Shown here: piece after piece, positions 56,726 through 64,000 of the stretch
Layout of the letters: the number at the start of each line of letters is the position of its first letter
How positions within the stretch are numbered: the stretch's first letter is position 1
NCBI GenBank assembly: GCA_029245725.1
Contig: JAQWOT010000148.1
Location: 50,918 to 114,917 of the forward strand
Origin: SAR324 cluster bacterium
Lineage (GTDB): Bacteria > SAR324 > NAC60-12
Reading direction: 5' to 3'
DNA length: 64,000 nt
Program-made: the position numbers and the translations under genes
The notes under the pieces: generated by a model
Database searches by the model: none
What the model was told of the DNA's origin: nothing
Seen by the model: only the letters and a program-made list of their open reading frames with translations

Positions 56726-56940
56726 GATTCCTCTCTTGTTAAGGAGATCCCATCACCCGATCTGAAATGATTCAGGGTGAACAGTTGTCGCTTGTTCCAG
56801 GCTCCGGAATCGACTCCGGTCTGTTGCGCAAGGCGCTAAATTAGTAAACTTAAAACTAAACAAAAGAAAGAAAAAAATACGCCGAACACAAATTTCGCAC
56901 TTGCACAATCAGATATAATGAGGATTGGAAAGGAATAATG

Positions 56941-58119
56941 TCAGCTGTTTAATGAAGTCCACACTCCACCATTTTTGTGGGAACGCAACACGGCATCAAC
57001 AAAACGCATCCCTTGTAGACCTTCTTCCAGATCGGGGAAAATTACCTCGTTCAGCTGATTTTTTCCGTTGCGCTTGGCTTCAATTGCATCAGCCACTTCA
57101 CGATAGATGGTAGCAAATCCTTCGAGGTAGCCCTCTGGATGCCCTGGTGGAATTCTGGTGACCCTTGCAGCAGCACCTGTAAGGCCAGGACCGCCTCGTC
57201 CAAGCAAGCGAGAAGGCTCCCCAAGAGGGGAGAACGTTAAATAATTCGGGTTTTCCTGAGACCAACTCAGGCCAGCTTTGTCTCCATAAATCCGCAGACG
57301 TAGCCCATTTTCATTACCAGGGGCCACTTGACTAGCCCAAAGCATACCTTTGGCGCCCCCTTCAAAGCGCAGCAACACGTGGACGTTATCATCAAGTTGC
57401 CTTCCTTCAACAAAAGAATTCAGGTCTGCCAACACACTCGCCGGTGTTAGTCCCGAGACGAAACAGGCTAGATGGAAGGCATGGGTTCCAATATCTCCAA
57501 GACATCCACCTCCTCCGGCCTGATTTGGATCTGTTCGCCAGGAAGCTTGCTTTTGCCCGGTGTCTTCCAACTTTTCGCTCAACCAATCCTGGGGATATTC
57601 CGCTTGAACCACCCGAATCTTTCCAAGCTCTCCACTAGCGATGATTTCACGAGCATGTCGAATCAACGGATAACCGCTGTAGTTGTAAGTTACAGCAAAA
57701 AGACAACCCTTCTCCTTGACCAGTTCAGATAGTCCCTCCGTATCCGCAAGGTGAGCAGCCAACGGTTTATCACAAATCACATAGATTCCAGCTTCCAGAA
57801 AGGCCTTGGCAATCGGGACATGCAGATGGTTTGGAGTAACAATCACGACTGCCTCAATTCCATCAGGACGAGCCGCTTCCTGCTGAGCCATTTCGTGGTA
57901 GCTTCCGTAACAACGATCCGCAGCAATTCCAATCGCTTGACCGGAACGCTTTGAACGCTCGGCTTCTGAACTCAAAGCTCCTGCAACCAGCTCAAAACGG
58001 TCATCAATGCGAGCTGCAATGCGATGCACTGCTCCAATAAAGGCACCTTCACCACCACCCACCATTCCATAGGGAATGCGGCGGAAGTTCGAATTGGTTT
58101 CATATGCTTCAATCGTCAT
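56941..58119 (-). CDS. Gfo/Idh/MocA family oxidoreductase
   Basis: Rossmann N-domain (GMVGGGEGAFIGAVH) and a typical C-domain. 392 aa. Confidence 0.8.
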   Translation of the reverse strand: MTIEAYETNSNFRRIPYGMVGGGEGAFIGAVHRIAARIDDRFELVAGALSSEAERSKRSGQAIGIAADRCYGSYHEMAQQEAARPDGIEAVVIVTPNHLHVPIAKAFLEAGIYVICDKPLAAHLADTEGLSELVKEKGCLFAVTYNYSGYPLIRHAREIIASGELGKIRVVQAEYPQDWLSEKLEDTGQKQASWRTDPNQAGGGGCLGDIGTHAFHLACFVSGLTPASVLADLNSFVEGRQLDDNVHVLLRFEGGAKGMLWASQVAPGNENGLRLRIYGDKAGLSWSQENPNYLTFSPLGEPSRLLGRGGPGLTGAAARVTRIPPGHPEGYLEGFATIYREVADAIEAKRNGKNQLNEVIFPDLEEGLQGMRFVDAVLRSHKNGGVWTSLNS

Positions 58120-58163
58120 GTAATCCTCTAAAAATTTGTTGTAGTGATGAATAGATTCTTTGA

Positions 58164-59060
58164 TCAGTGGTAGGTTGTCGGAGCCAACAGGCAGTTTGAT
58201 TCTTCGAGCGAGGATTCAAGCTGGATGGTTGCATGCTCAATCTCAAATTGATCATGCAGATGCTGCTGGATCTGGTGGAGCAAGGAGTTATCCAGTGATT
58301 GCTGATGTACCACCAAATGAACGGTCAGTGCGACCTCACTGGTACTCAACGGCCAAACATGAAGATCATGCAGACGGTCTACCTGATCCAAGTTAGCCAG
58401 ATACTGTCGAATGCCCTGTACATCAATGTTTCGAGGTACTGCATCCAATGCGTAATTCAGGGAATCTTTGAGTAAACCCCAACTGCTGAAAATGATGAAA
58501 CTAGCCACCAGCAGACAAGGGGCTGGATCAACCCAGGGCAATTCCTGCCAAAGCATTAGCAGGCCACCAAGCATTACCGCCAGTGAGATCCCTGCATCAG
58601 CCACCATGTGCAGAGATGCAGCCCGCAAATTGCGGTCATGGTGTTGACCACTCACGAACAGGAGGGCCGTCACTGTATTGACCAGCACTCCAACTCCAGC
58701 TACCACAATGATGGTCAAGCTTGTCACCGATTGTGGTGCAAAGAGTCGCTGAAAGGCTTCCCAGCCAAGGGCATCTGTGGCAACCAGAAGCATCAACGAA
58801 CTCAACAAGGAGGCCATCACAGGGACCTTACGCCACCCGTAAGTTCGATTTGCTGTGGCAGGAGCTTTTGCCAGATAACTTGCTCCCCAGGCAAGCAGTA
58901 GTCCTGCAACATCACTCAGGTTATGACCAGCATCTGCCAGTAAAACGAGCGAATCTGAGAGTAACCCGAAAAAGAATTCCACGAACACGAATCCCAAGTT
59001 CAGGGTTACCCCAAGCGCAAAAGCTCAGTTGTAATTACCAACATGGTGATCGTGTGCCAT
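58164..59060 (-). pseudogene. cation diffusion facilitator (ZitB/CzcD-like) Zn/divalent-metal efflux gene with an in-frame TGA near the N-terminus
   Basis: The ATG at 59060 gives MAHDHHVGNYN, then an in-frame TGA at 59025-59027, then AFALGVTLNLGFVFVEFFFGLLSDSLVLLADAGHNLSD... This mirrors the ZitB N-terminus MAHSHSH...AFGVTAGFMLVEVVGG. The ORF track reinitiates at a TTG at 58997. Confidence 0.6.
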
Positions 59061-59086
59061 TGTGTTTTCAGTAGCCAGACAGCCTT

Positions 59087-60142
59087 TCAGGTCAATCCCA
59101 GCATCCGCTGATTCGCTGCTTCATCAGTTCCACCATCTGCGAAGTCATCAAATGCCTTTTCAGTGACCTCGATGATATGACGTTGAATGAAGGGGGCACC
59201 TTCTGCAGCACCATGTTCGGGATGCTTCAGACAGCATTCCCACTCCAGCACTGCCCAGCCTGGAAAGTCGTACTGGGCCATCTTGGAGAAGATCCCTGGG
59301 AAATCAACCTGTCCATCCCCGAGAGAACGGAAACGGCCTGCACGGTTGACCCAGGACTGATAACCGCCATAAACTCCTTGTCGACCAGTCGGGTTGAATT
59401 CTGCATCCTTGACATGGAAAATCTTGATCATGTCGTGATAGATGTCGATGTGCTCCAAATAGTCTAAGGCTTGCAGGACATAGTGACTGGGATCATAAAG
59501 CATTCGACAGCGTGGGTGATTGCCAGTTCGCTCTAGCAGCATTTCAAAGGTCACTCCGTCATGGAGATCTTCACCTGGATGAATTTCGTAGCAAACATCA
59601 ACTCCGGCATTCTCAAATACATTTAGGATGGGGGTCCAACGCTTGGCCAACTCGTCAAAGGCTGTCTCGACAAGCCCAGAAGGTCGCTGTGGCCAGGGAT
59701 ACATGTAGGGCCACGCCAATGCTCCTGAGAAGGTAGCATGCGCAGTCAGTCCAAGGTGTTGGGAAGCCTGAGCTGCCATAAACAACTGATTGACGGCCCA
59801 CTCTTGTCTCGCTTGTGGGTTACCACGAACTTCAGGGGCTGCAAACCCGTCGAATGCGTCATCATAAGCTGGATGAACGGCCACGAGTTGGCCTTGTAAG
59901 TGCGTGGAGAGTTCAGTGATTTTCAGTCCATAAGAAGCCGCAACACCTGCGACTTCATCACAGTAGGTCTTGGAAGCTGCTGCTTTTTCCAGATCGAAGA
60001 GACGCTTGTCCCAACTCGGCACCTGAACTCCTTTGTAGCCGAGACCGGAAACCCACTGACAGATACTGTCAAAGCTGTTGAATGGTGCCTGATCACCCGC
60101 AAATTGGGCTAGGAAAATAGCGGGACCTTTGATGGTTTTCAT
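59087..60142 (-). CDS. sugar phosphate isomerase/epimerase (xylose isomerase-like TIM barrel)
   Basis: Start at MKTIKGP. AP-endonuclease-2/xylose-isomerase-like TIM-barrel features (E..HPGED, FHVKD, LEWEC). Confidence 0.7.
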   Translation of the reverse strand: MKTIKGPAIFLAQFAGDQAPFNSFDSICQWVSGLGYKGVQVPSWDKRLFDLEKAAASKTYCDEVAGVAASYGLKITELSTHLQGQLVAVHPAYDDAFDGFAAPEVRGNPQARQEWAVNQLFMAAQASQHLGLTAHATFSGALAWPYMYPWPQRPSGLVETAFDELAKRWTPILNVFENAGVDVCYEIHPGEDLHDGVTFEMLLERTGNHPRCRMLYDPSHYVLQALDYLEHIDIYHDMIKIFHVKDAEFNPTGRQGVYGGYQSWVNRAGRFRSLGDGQVDFPGIFSKMAQYDFPGWAVLEWECCLKHPEHGAAEGAPFIQRHIIEVTEKAFDDFADGGTDEAANQRMLGLT

Positions 60143-60325
60143 GAGAAACCCCACAGTTGGCGTGATGCAATTTCTTCCCGAAGGATTAAGTCCCCGGGAT
60201 AGGTTGAGAGGAGAAGCTCACAAGGGAGCAAACGGCCGAATCGTAGCGCTCTGGACGAAGGAAGGCAACGCCCAAATCAGAGCAAACGCTACGATTTGCA
60301 ATTTTTCCTCAGAAAGAGTTAAAAA

Positions 60326-61576
60326 ATGGATCCGTTAGCCAAGTTGCTGCGCCCCAAAAAACTAGAGGAGGTCTTTGGTCAGGAGCAGATCTTGGCCCAT
60401 CAACAGGCACTTTTGCAAAAAGGATCCTTCATCCTTTGGGGTCCACCCGGCTGTGGCAAGACCACCATCGCACGGATCATCGGGGAGCAGCCAGGTATTC
60501 AATTTTTTGCCATCTCTGCAGTCTATGACGGTGTCGCAGAGTTACGAAAGGTTTTTCATCAGGCCGAGGAAGTATCTCTACTTACTGCAAAATCAATCCT
60601 CTTCGTTGATGAAATTCATCGTTTCAATCGAGGTCAGCAAGATGCGCTACTCTCAGTGATTGAGGAAGGACTACTCCGGTTGATCGGGGCCACCACAGAG
60701 AATCCCTCATTCTCATTGAATGCCGCCTTGCTCTCGCGCACTCAGGTACTCACTCTCAAGCCACTGGAGGAGGATGCACTTGAATCCCTGCTGAAGCGTG
60801 CGGCAGATTACATCAAGCGACCACTTCCGCTCGAGGCAACTGCTCGTGAAAAGTTACTGCAGCTGGCTGATGGAGATGGACGTTACCTACTAAATCTGGC
60901 AGAAATTCTCTATGATCAACCAGAAGCCACAACGCTGAACACAGAACAAATGTTGGAGTTAGTGCGCCATCGGGCACCACAGTATGATCGAGCTGGTGAT
61001 CAGCACTACAATTTGATCTCGGCACTACACAAATCCTTGCGAGCCTCTGATTGTGACTCTGCCCTGTATTGGTTGGCGAGAATGATGATTGGTGGTGAAG
61101 ACAAGGCCTATATTCTGCGAAGATTGACCAGGATAGCGGTTGAAGATGTTGGGTTGGCGGCCCCTGAAGCAATGGGCCGAGCCTTGGAAGCTTGGAATTG
61201 TTATGAGCGATTGGGTAGCCCTGAGGGAGATCTAGCTTTGGTGCAACTTACAATTTTCCTGGCCACTGCCCCTAAATCTAACGCTGCCTATCTGGCTTGG
61301 AAACAGGCCCAGCAACTAGCTCAGCAGTATGGTTCGCTCATGCCACCCAAGCACATTTTGAATGCTCCGACGAAGTTGATGCGTGAGGAAGGATACGGTC
61401 TGGGCTACCAGTATGATCACGATGATCCAGATGGGTTTTCGGGACAGAATTGCTTTCCGGATGAAATTCCTCGTAAACAATTCTATGCGCCTGTGGAGAG
61501 AGGATATGAAAGAGAAATTGCCAAACGCCTAGCTTACTGGCAAAGGCTGCGTGAACGTAAAGCAAATCAGGGCTGA
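60326..61576 (+). CDS. rarA: replication-associated recombination protein A (AAA+ ATPase)
   Basis: Walker A GPPGCGKTT, Walker B LFVDEIHRFN, and the MgsA C-terminal domain (DQHYNLISALHKSLR). Confidence 0.9.
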   Translation: MDPLAKLLRPKKLEEVFGQEQILAHQQALLQKGSFILWGPPGCGKTTIARIIGEQPGIQFFAISAVYDGVAELRKVFHQAEEVSLLTAKSILFVDEIHRFNRGQQDALLSVIEEGLLRLIGATTENPSFSLNAALLSRTQVLTLKPLEEDALESLLKRAADYIKRPLPLEATAREKLLQLADGDGRYLLNLAEILYDQPEATTLNTEQMLELVRHRAPQYDRAGDQHYNLISALHKSLRASDCDSALYWLARMMIGGEDKAYILRRLTRIAVEDVGLAAPEAMGRALEAWNCYERLGSPEGDLALVQLTIFLATAPKSNAAYLAWKQAQQLAQQYGSLMPPKHILNAPTKLMREEGYGLGYQYDHDDPDGFSGQNCFPDEIPRKQFYAPVERGYEREIAKRLAYWQRLRERKANQG

Positions 61577-61659
61577 ACAATATTGGTGTATGAAACCTAT
61601 TACAAATACGATTTTTATCCTTGGTTGAATAAACATTGAAACAGTATGGAGAATTCGTC

Positions 61660-62142
61660 ATGACGGTCGAGGTTGGAGTCATCATGGGTAGCAAATCGGA
61701 CTGGGAAACCATGCGGCACGCCTGTGAGGCTCTCACACAGTTTGATGTGCAATTTGAAAAACGCATTGTTTCAGCTCATCGCACACCTCAATTGATGACA
61801 GAATACGCGAATCAGGCTGACAAAAGGGGCCTAAGGATTATCATCGCTGGGGCTGGGGGAGCCGCACATTTGCCAGGAATGGTTGCAGCCCAAACTCTGG
61901 TTCCCGTGATCGGGGTTCCTGTCAAATCTTCATCATTGAGCGGATTGGACTCACTTCTTTCCATTGTGCAAATGCCACGTGGAGTTCCTGTCGCCACTGT
62001 TGCGATCGGTGAGGCTGGCGCTTTCAATGCTGGTTTGCTCGCTGTCCAGATGCTTGCTGTCTATAAGCAGGATCTGCGCGCTCGCTTGGAGGACTGGCGG
62101 AACCAAACCCGTGACACTGTTATAGCGACAGAATTACCATGA
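61660..62142 (+). CDS. purE: N5-carboxyaminoimidazole ribonucleotide mutase
   Basis: Start at [11 protein letters not shown] with a GGAGA RBS. Motifs GSKSDW and SAHRTP. Confidence 0.9.
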   Translation: MTVEVGVIMGSKSDWETMRHACEALTQFDVQFEKRIVSAHRTPQLMTEYANQADKRGLRIIIAGAGGAAHLPGMVAAQTLVPVIGVPVKSSSLSGLDSLLSIVQMPRGVPVATVAIGEAGAFNAGLLAVQMLAVYKQDLRARLEDWRNQTRDTVIATELP

Positions 62143-63275
62143 TAGGCCCAACCATCGGACTACTGGGAGGTGGTCAACTTGGACAAATGCTGATTCTGGC
62201 GGGTCTCCCTCTCGGGCTACGCTTTGTCGTTTGGGATCCAGATCCTGAAAGTCCTGCTGGTAAGCTTTCTACCAGACATTTTTGTGAACCTTACGATTCA
62301 AGAGAAACCCATAAGGAATTCGCTAGGCTTTCCGACTTGGTCACCTATGAATTCGAGAATATTCCTTATCCACTAGTTGCGGAATTAGAGCAGAAGGTTT
62401 CTTTGCCACAGGGCAGCTCCTTGCTATCGACCTGCCAGCATCGCATTCGTGAGAAGCAAACTTTGAAACAGCTTTCAATTGCGACAGCCCCTTTTCAGAG
62501 TGTGGCTTCTACTCGAGCATTAGAAGAATGCTTCCAGCAATGGCAGACCCCCATTCTGCTCAAGACCTGTATGGGCGGCTATGACGGCAAAGGCCAAAGG
62601 AAGGTGGATAAAGTAGCTGATGCAGAGGCTGCTTTTCAGGACTTACAAGGTGACCAACGAGAGTTGATTGCTGAAGGTTGGCTACCTTTTGAGCGAGAGA
62701 TCTCATCGCTAGTTGCTCGATCGACCACGGGTGAAATTCATTGTTTTCCAGTTGTGGAAAATGTTCACGAGGCAGGGATTCTGGCAAGTTCACTGGTGCC
62801 TGCCCGGATTAGTGAAGACTTGAATCGAAAAGCACAGGACATTACAACTCAAATCGCTCAGGGCTTGCAACTACACGGCATGCTTGCCATCGAGATGTTC
62901 GTGATGCCAGATGGCCAATTATTGGTCAATGAACTCGCTCCAAGACCACATAATTCCGGACATTACACTCAGGATGGCACTAATGTTTGCCAATTTGAGC
63001 AGCACCTCAGAGCTATCTGTGGCTGGCCTCTCAGAGAACCAAAGTTACACTCTCCAACGGTTATGTTGAACCTGCTTGGTGAGCACATCTCAGCTCTTCA
63101 AGCCTGGCATCTTGGTCTGCCAGCTGAAGCACATCTACACTGGTATGGAAAAGCCGAAGCACGACCCGGACGTAAAATGGCTCACCTCAATCTTTGTGCG
63201 GCGTCCTTGGACGAAGCGTTGGAAGAGTTAGAAAAGTGGAAGCTCCGCTCTCCTCCCAAGGGAATTTACACCTGA
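62139..63275 (+). CDS. purK: N5-carboxyaminoimidazole ribonucleotide synthetase (ATP-grasp)
   Basis: [13 protein letters not shown]-terminus, ATP-grasp core. ATGA overlap with purE. Confidence 0.9.
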   Translation: MIGPTIGLLGGGQLGQMLILAGLPLGLRFVVWDPDPESPAGKLSTRHFCEPYDSRETHKEFARLSDLVTYEFENIPYPLVAELEQKVSLPQGSSLLSTCQHRIREKQTLKQLSIATAPFQSVASTRALEECFQQWQTPILLKTCMGGYDGKGQRKVDKVADAEAAFQDLQGDQRELIAEGWLPFEREISSLVARSTTGEIHCFPVVENVHEAGILASSLVPARISEDLNRKAQDITTQIAQGLQLHGMLAIEMFVMPDGQLLVNELAPRPHNSGHYTQDGTNVCQFEQHLRAICGWPLREPKLHSPTVMLNLLGEHISALQAWHLGLPAEAHLHWYGKAEARPGRKMAHLNLCAASLDEALEELEKWKLRSPPKGIYT

Positions 63276-63388
63276 TAAAGACCTTGACTTGCCATGCAAA
63301 CTTCAACGGAATGAATGAAATAGCATTCTACCCGGACACCCCAAATTTTCCGGTTCTTCCGCACTCTTACTCAGCGTATTGAGGTTCC

Positions 63389-64000
63389 ATGTCCGCTTCT
63401 GGCTCTTTTCCCTCCAATCCCAGCAACAGCATCATTGTACGGCTTAAAATCACTAACAAGATCGGCATGTTGGCCAAGATCACTAACATCATTTCCGAAA
63501 TGGGTGGCAATCTGGATGCGATCGATATCGTCAGACCGACCTCCGATGCTCTAGTGCGGGACATCAGCATCTTTACCCATAGTGAAGATCATGGATCAAA
63601 AATTGTGGAAGCGCTCAAGCAATTGGAGAACGTAGAGTTCATTCGATTCTACGATCGAACGTTTCTCGTTCATGAAGGTGGAAAACTATCCGTTGAGAGT
63701 CGATTACCCCTGAAGTCACGCAACGATTTGTCTCTCGCTTACACTCCGGGAGTCGCACGTGTCTGCATGGCCTTACATCGCAATCCCGAGGACACTTATC
63801 GCTACACCATCAAGGGGAATTGTGTGGCAGTCGTAACGGATGGGACCGCAGTGCTTGGACTCGGAAACATCGGCCCAAAAGCTGCGATGCCCGTGATGGA
63901 AGGTAAGGCGATGCTGTTTAAGGAATTTGCAGGAATTGACGCATGGCCCATCTGCCTGGACACACAAGATACCGAGGAGATCATCCGGATCGTCAAAGCG
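63389..64000 (+). CDS. NAD(P)-dependent malic enzyme with an N-terminal ACT domain (5' partial; continues beyond the window)
   Basis: My translation from the ATG at 63389 (GAGG RBS) reads [31 protein letters not shown]..., an ACT-like domain, then [13 protein letters not shown]...[38 protein letters not shown], the malic-enzyme signature. There is no stop before 64000, so it is absent from the ORF track. Confidence 0.8.
   Translation, partial: MSASGSFPSNPSNSIIVRLKITNKIGMLAKITNIISEMGGNLDAIDIVRPTSDALVRDISIFTHSEDHGSKIVEALKQLENVEFIRFYDRTFLVHEGGKLSVESRLPLKSRNDLSLAYTPGVARVCMALHRNPEDTYRYTIKGNCVAVVTDGTAVLGLGNIGPKAAMPVMEGKAMLFKEFAGIDAWPICLDTQDTEEIIRIVKA

Noticed and set aside
59025-59027. Selenocysteine recoding of the in-frame TGA in the CDF gene
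   Set aside because: CDF transporters are not known selenoproteins, and I see no SECIS-like stem-loop immediately 3' of the codon. Pseudogene or error is far more likely.
63367-63996. Minus-strand ORFs (63367..63570, 63773..63967, 63802..63996) at the window end
   Set aside because: They are antisense to a clearly recognisable plus-strand malic enzyme gene (ACT domain plus malic-enzyme signature) that lacks a stop within the window.

Overview
Bacterial chromosomal segment of 64 kb, roughly 50% GC, with about 70 protein-coding genes. I found no rRNA, tRNA, CRISPR array, transposase or integrase. The first 20 kb (252-20287) is entirely minus-strand. In order along the window:

- **(i) 3.2-6.7 kb:** a compact four-gene module. 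It has a DUF1987/SiaC-like phospho-acceptor, a SiaB-like small kinase, a class III adenylate/guanylate cyclase and a GAF-PP2C phosphatase. It looks like a SiaABCD-type partner switch in which the output is a cAMP/cGMP cyclase rather than a GGDEF diguanylate cyclase. This is the best candidate for an undescribed system.
- **(ii) 7.0-12.7 kb:** three co-transcribed lipoproteins. One is an 888-aa pentapeptide-repeat protein, followed by two paralogous lipoproteins of unknown function.
- **(iii) 13.3-18.7 kb:** about 12 small soluble proteins under a TetR regulator. They include four GYD-domain paralogs that share a C-terminal Y[Q/K]AP.K tail, plus DUF3237-like, DUF3303-like, ABM-like and cupin proteins.
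- **(iv) 18.9-25.8 kb:** a copper-resistance island. It has two Tat-dependent multicopper oxidases, copCD, a TolC-like outer membrane factor, a cupredoxin and a CusF-like protein. No cognate regulator is present. A perfect 9-2-9 palindrome sits in the divergent promoter.
- **(v) Transport systems:** three carbohydrate-type ABC systems. One has an embedded 2-hydroxyacid dehydrogenase. One is ugpBAEC, followed by a hydrolase, a PhyH dioxygenase and two Gfo/Idh/MocA genes. One is a glycerol-type system with two ATPases and a DUF2160 small membrane protein, next to dhaK, dhaL, a split dhaM, PTS enzyme I and HPr.
- **(vi) Housekeeping genes:** class III aminotransferase, tpx, a rhodanese-like protein, hemolysin III, a second Gfo/Idh/MocA oxidoreductase paired with a xylose-isomerase-like TIM-barrel protein, rarA, purEK and a partial malic enzyme.

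Three genes look disrupted: a frameshifted GFA-family paralog, a small membrane-protein gene with an in-frame TAG, and a zitB-like CDF gene with an in-frame TGA. These are either real pseudogenes or sequencing/assembly errors. Every family assignment here comes from reading motifs in the ORF translations, not from database searches.
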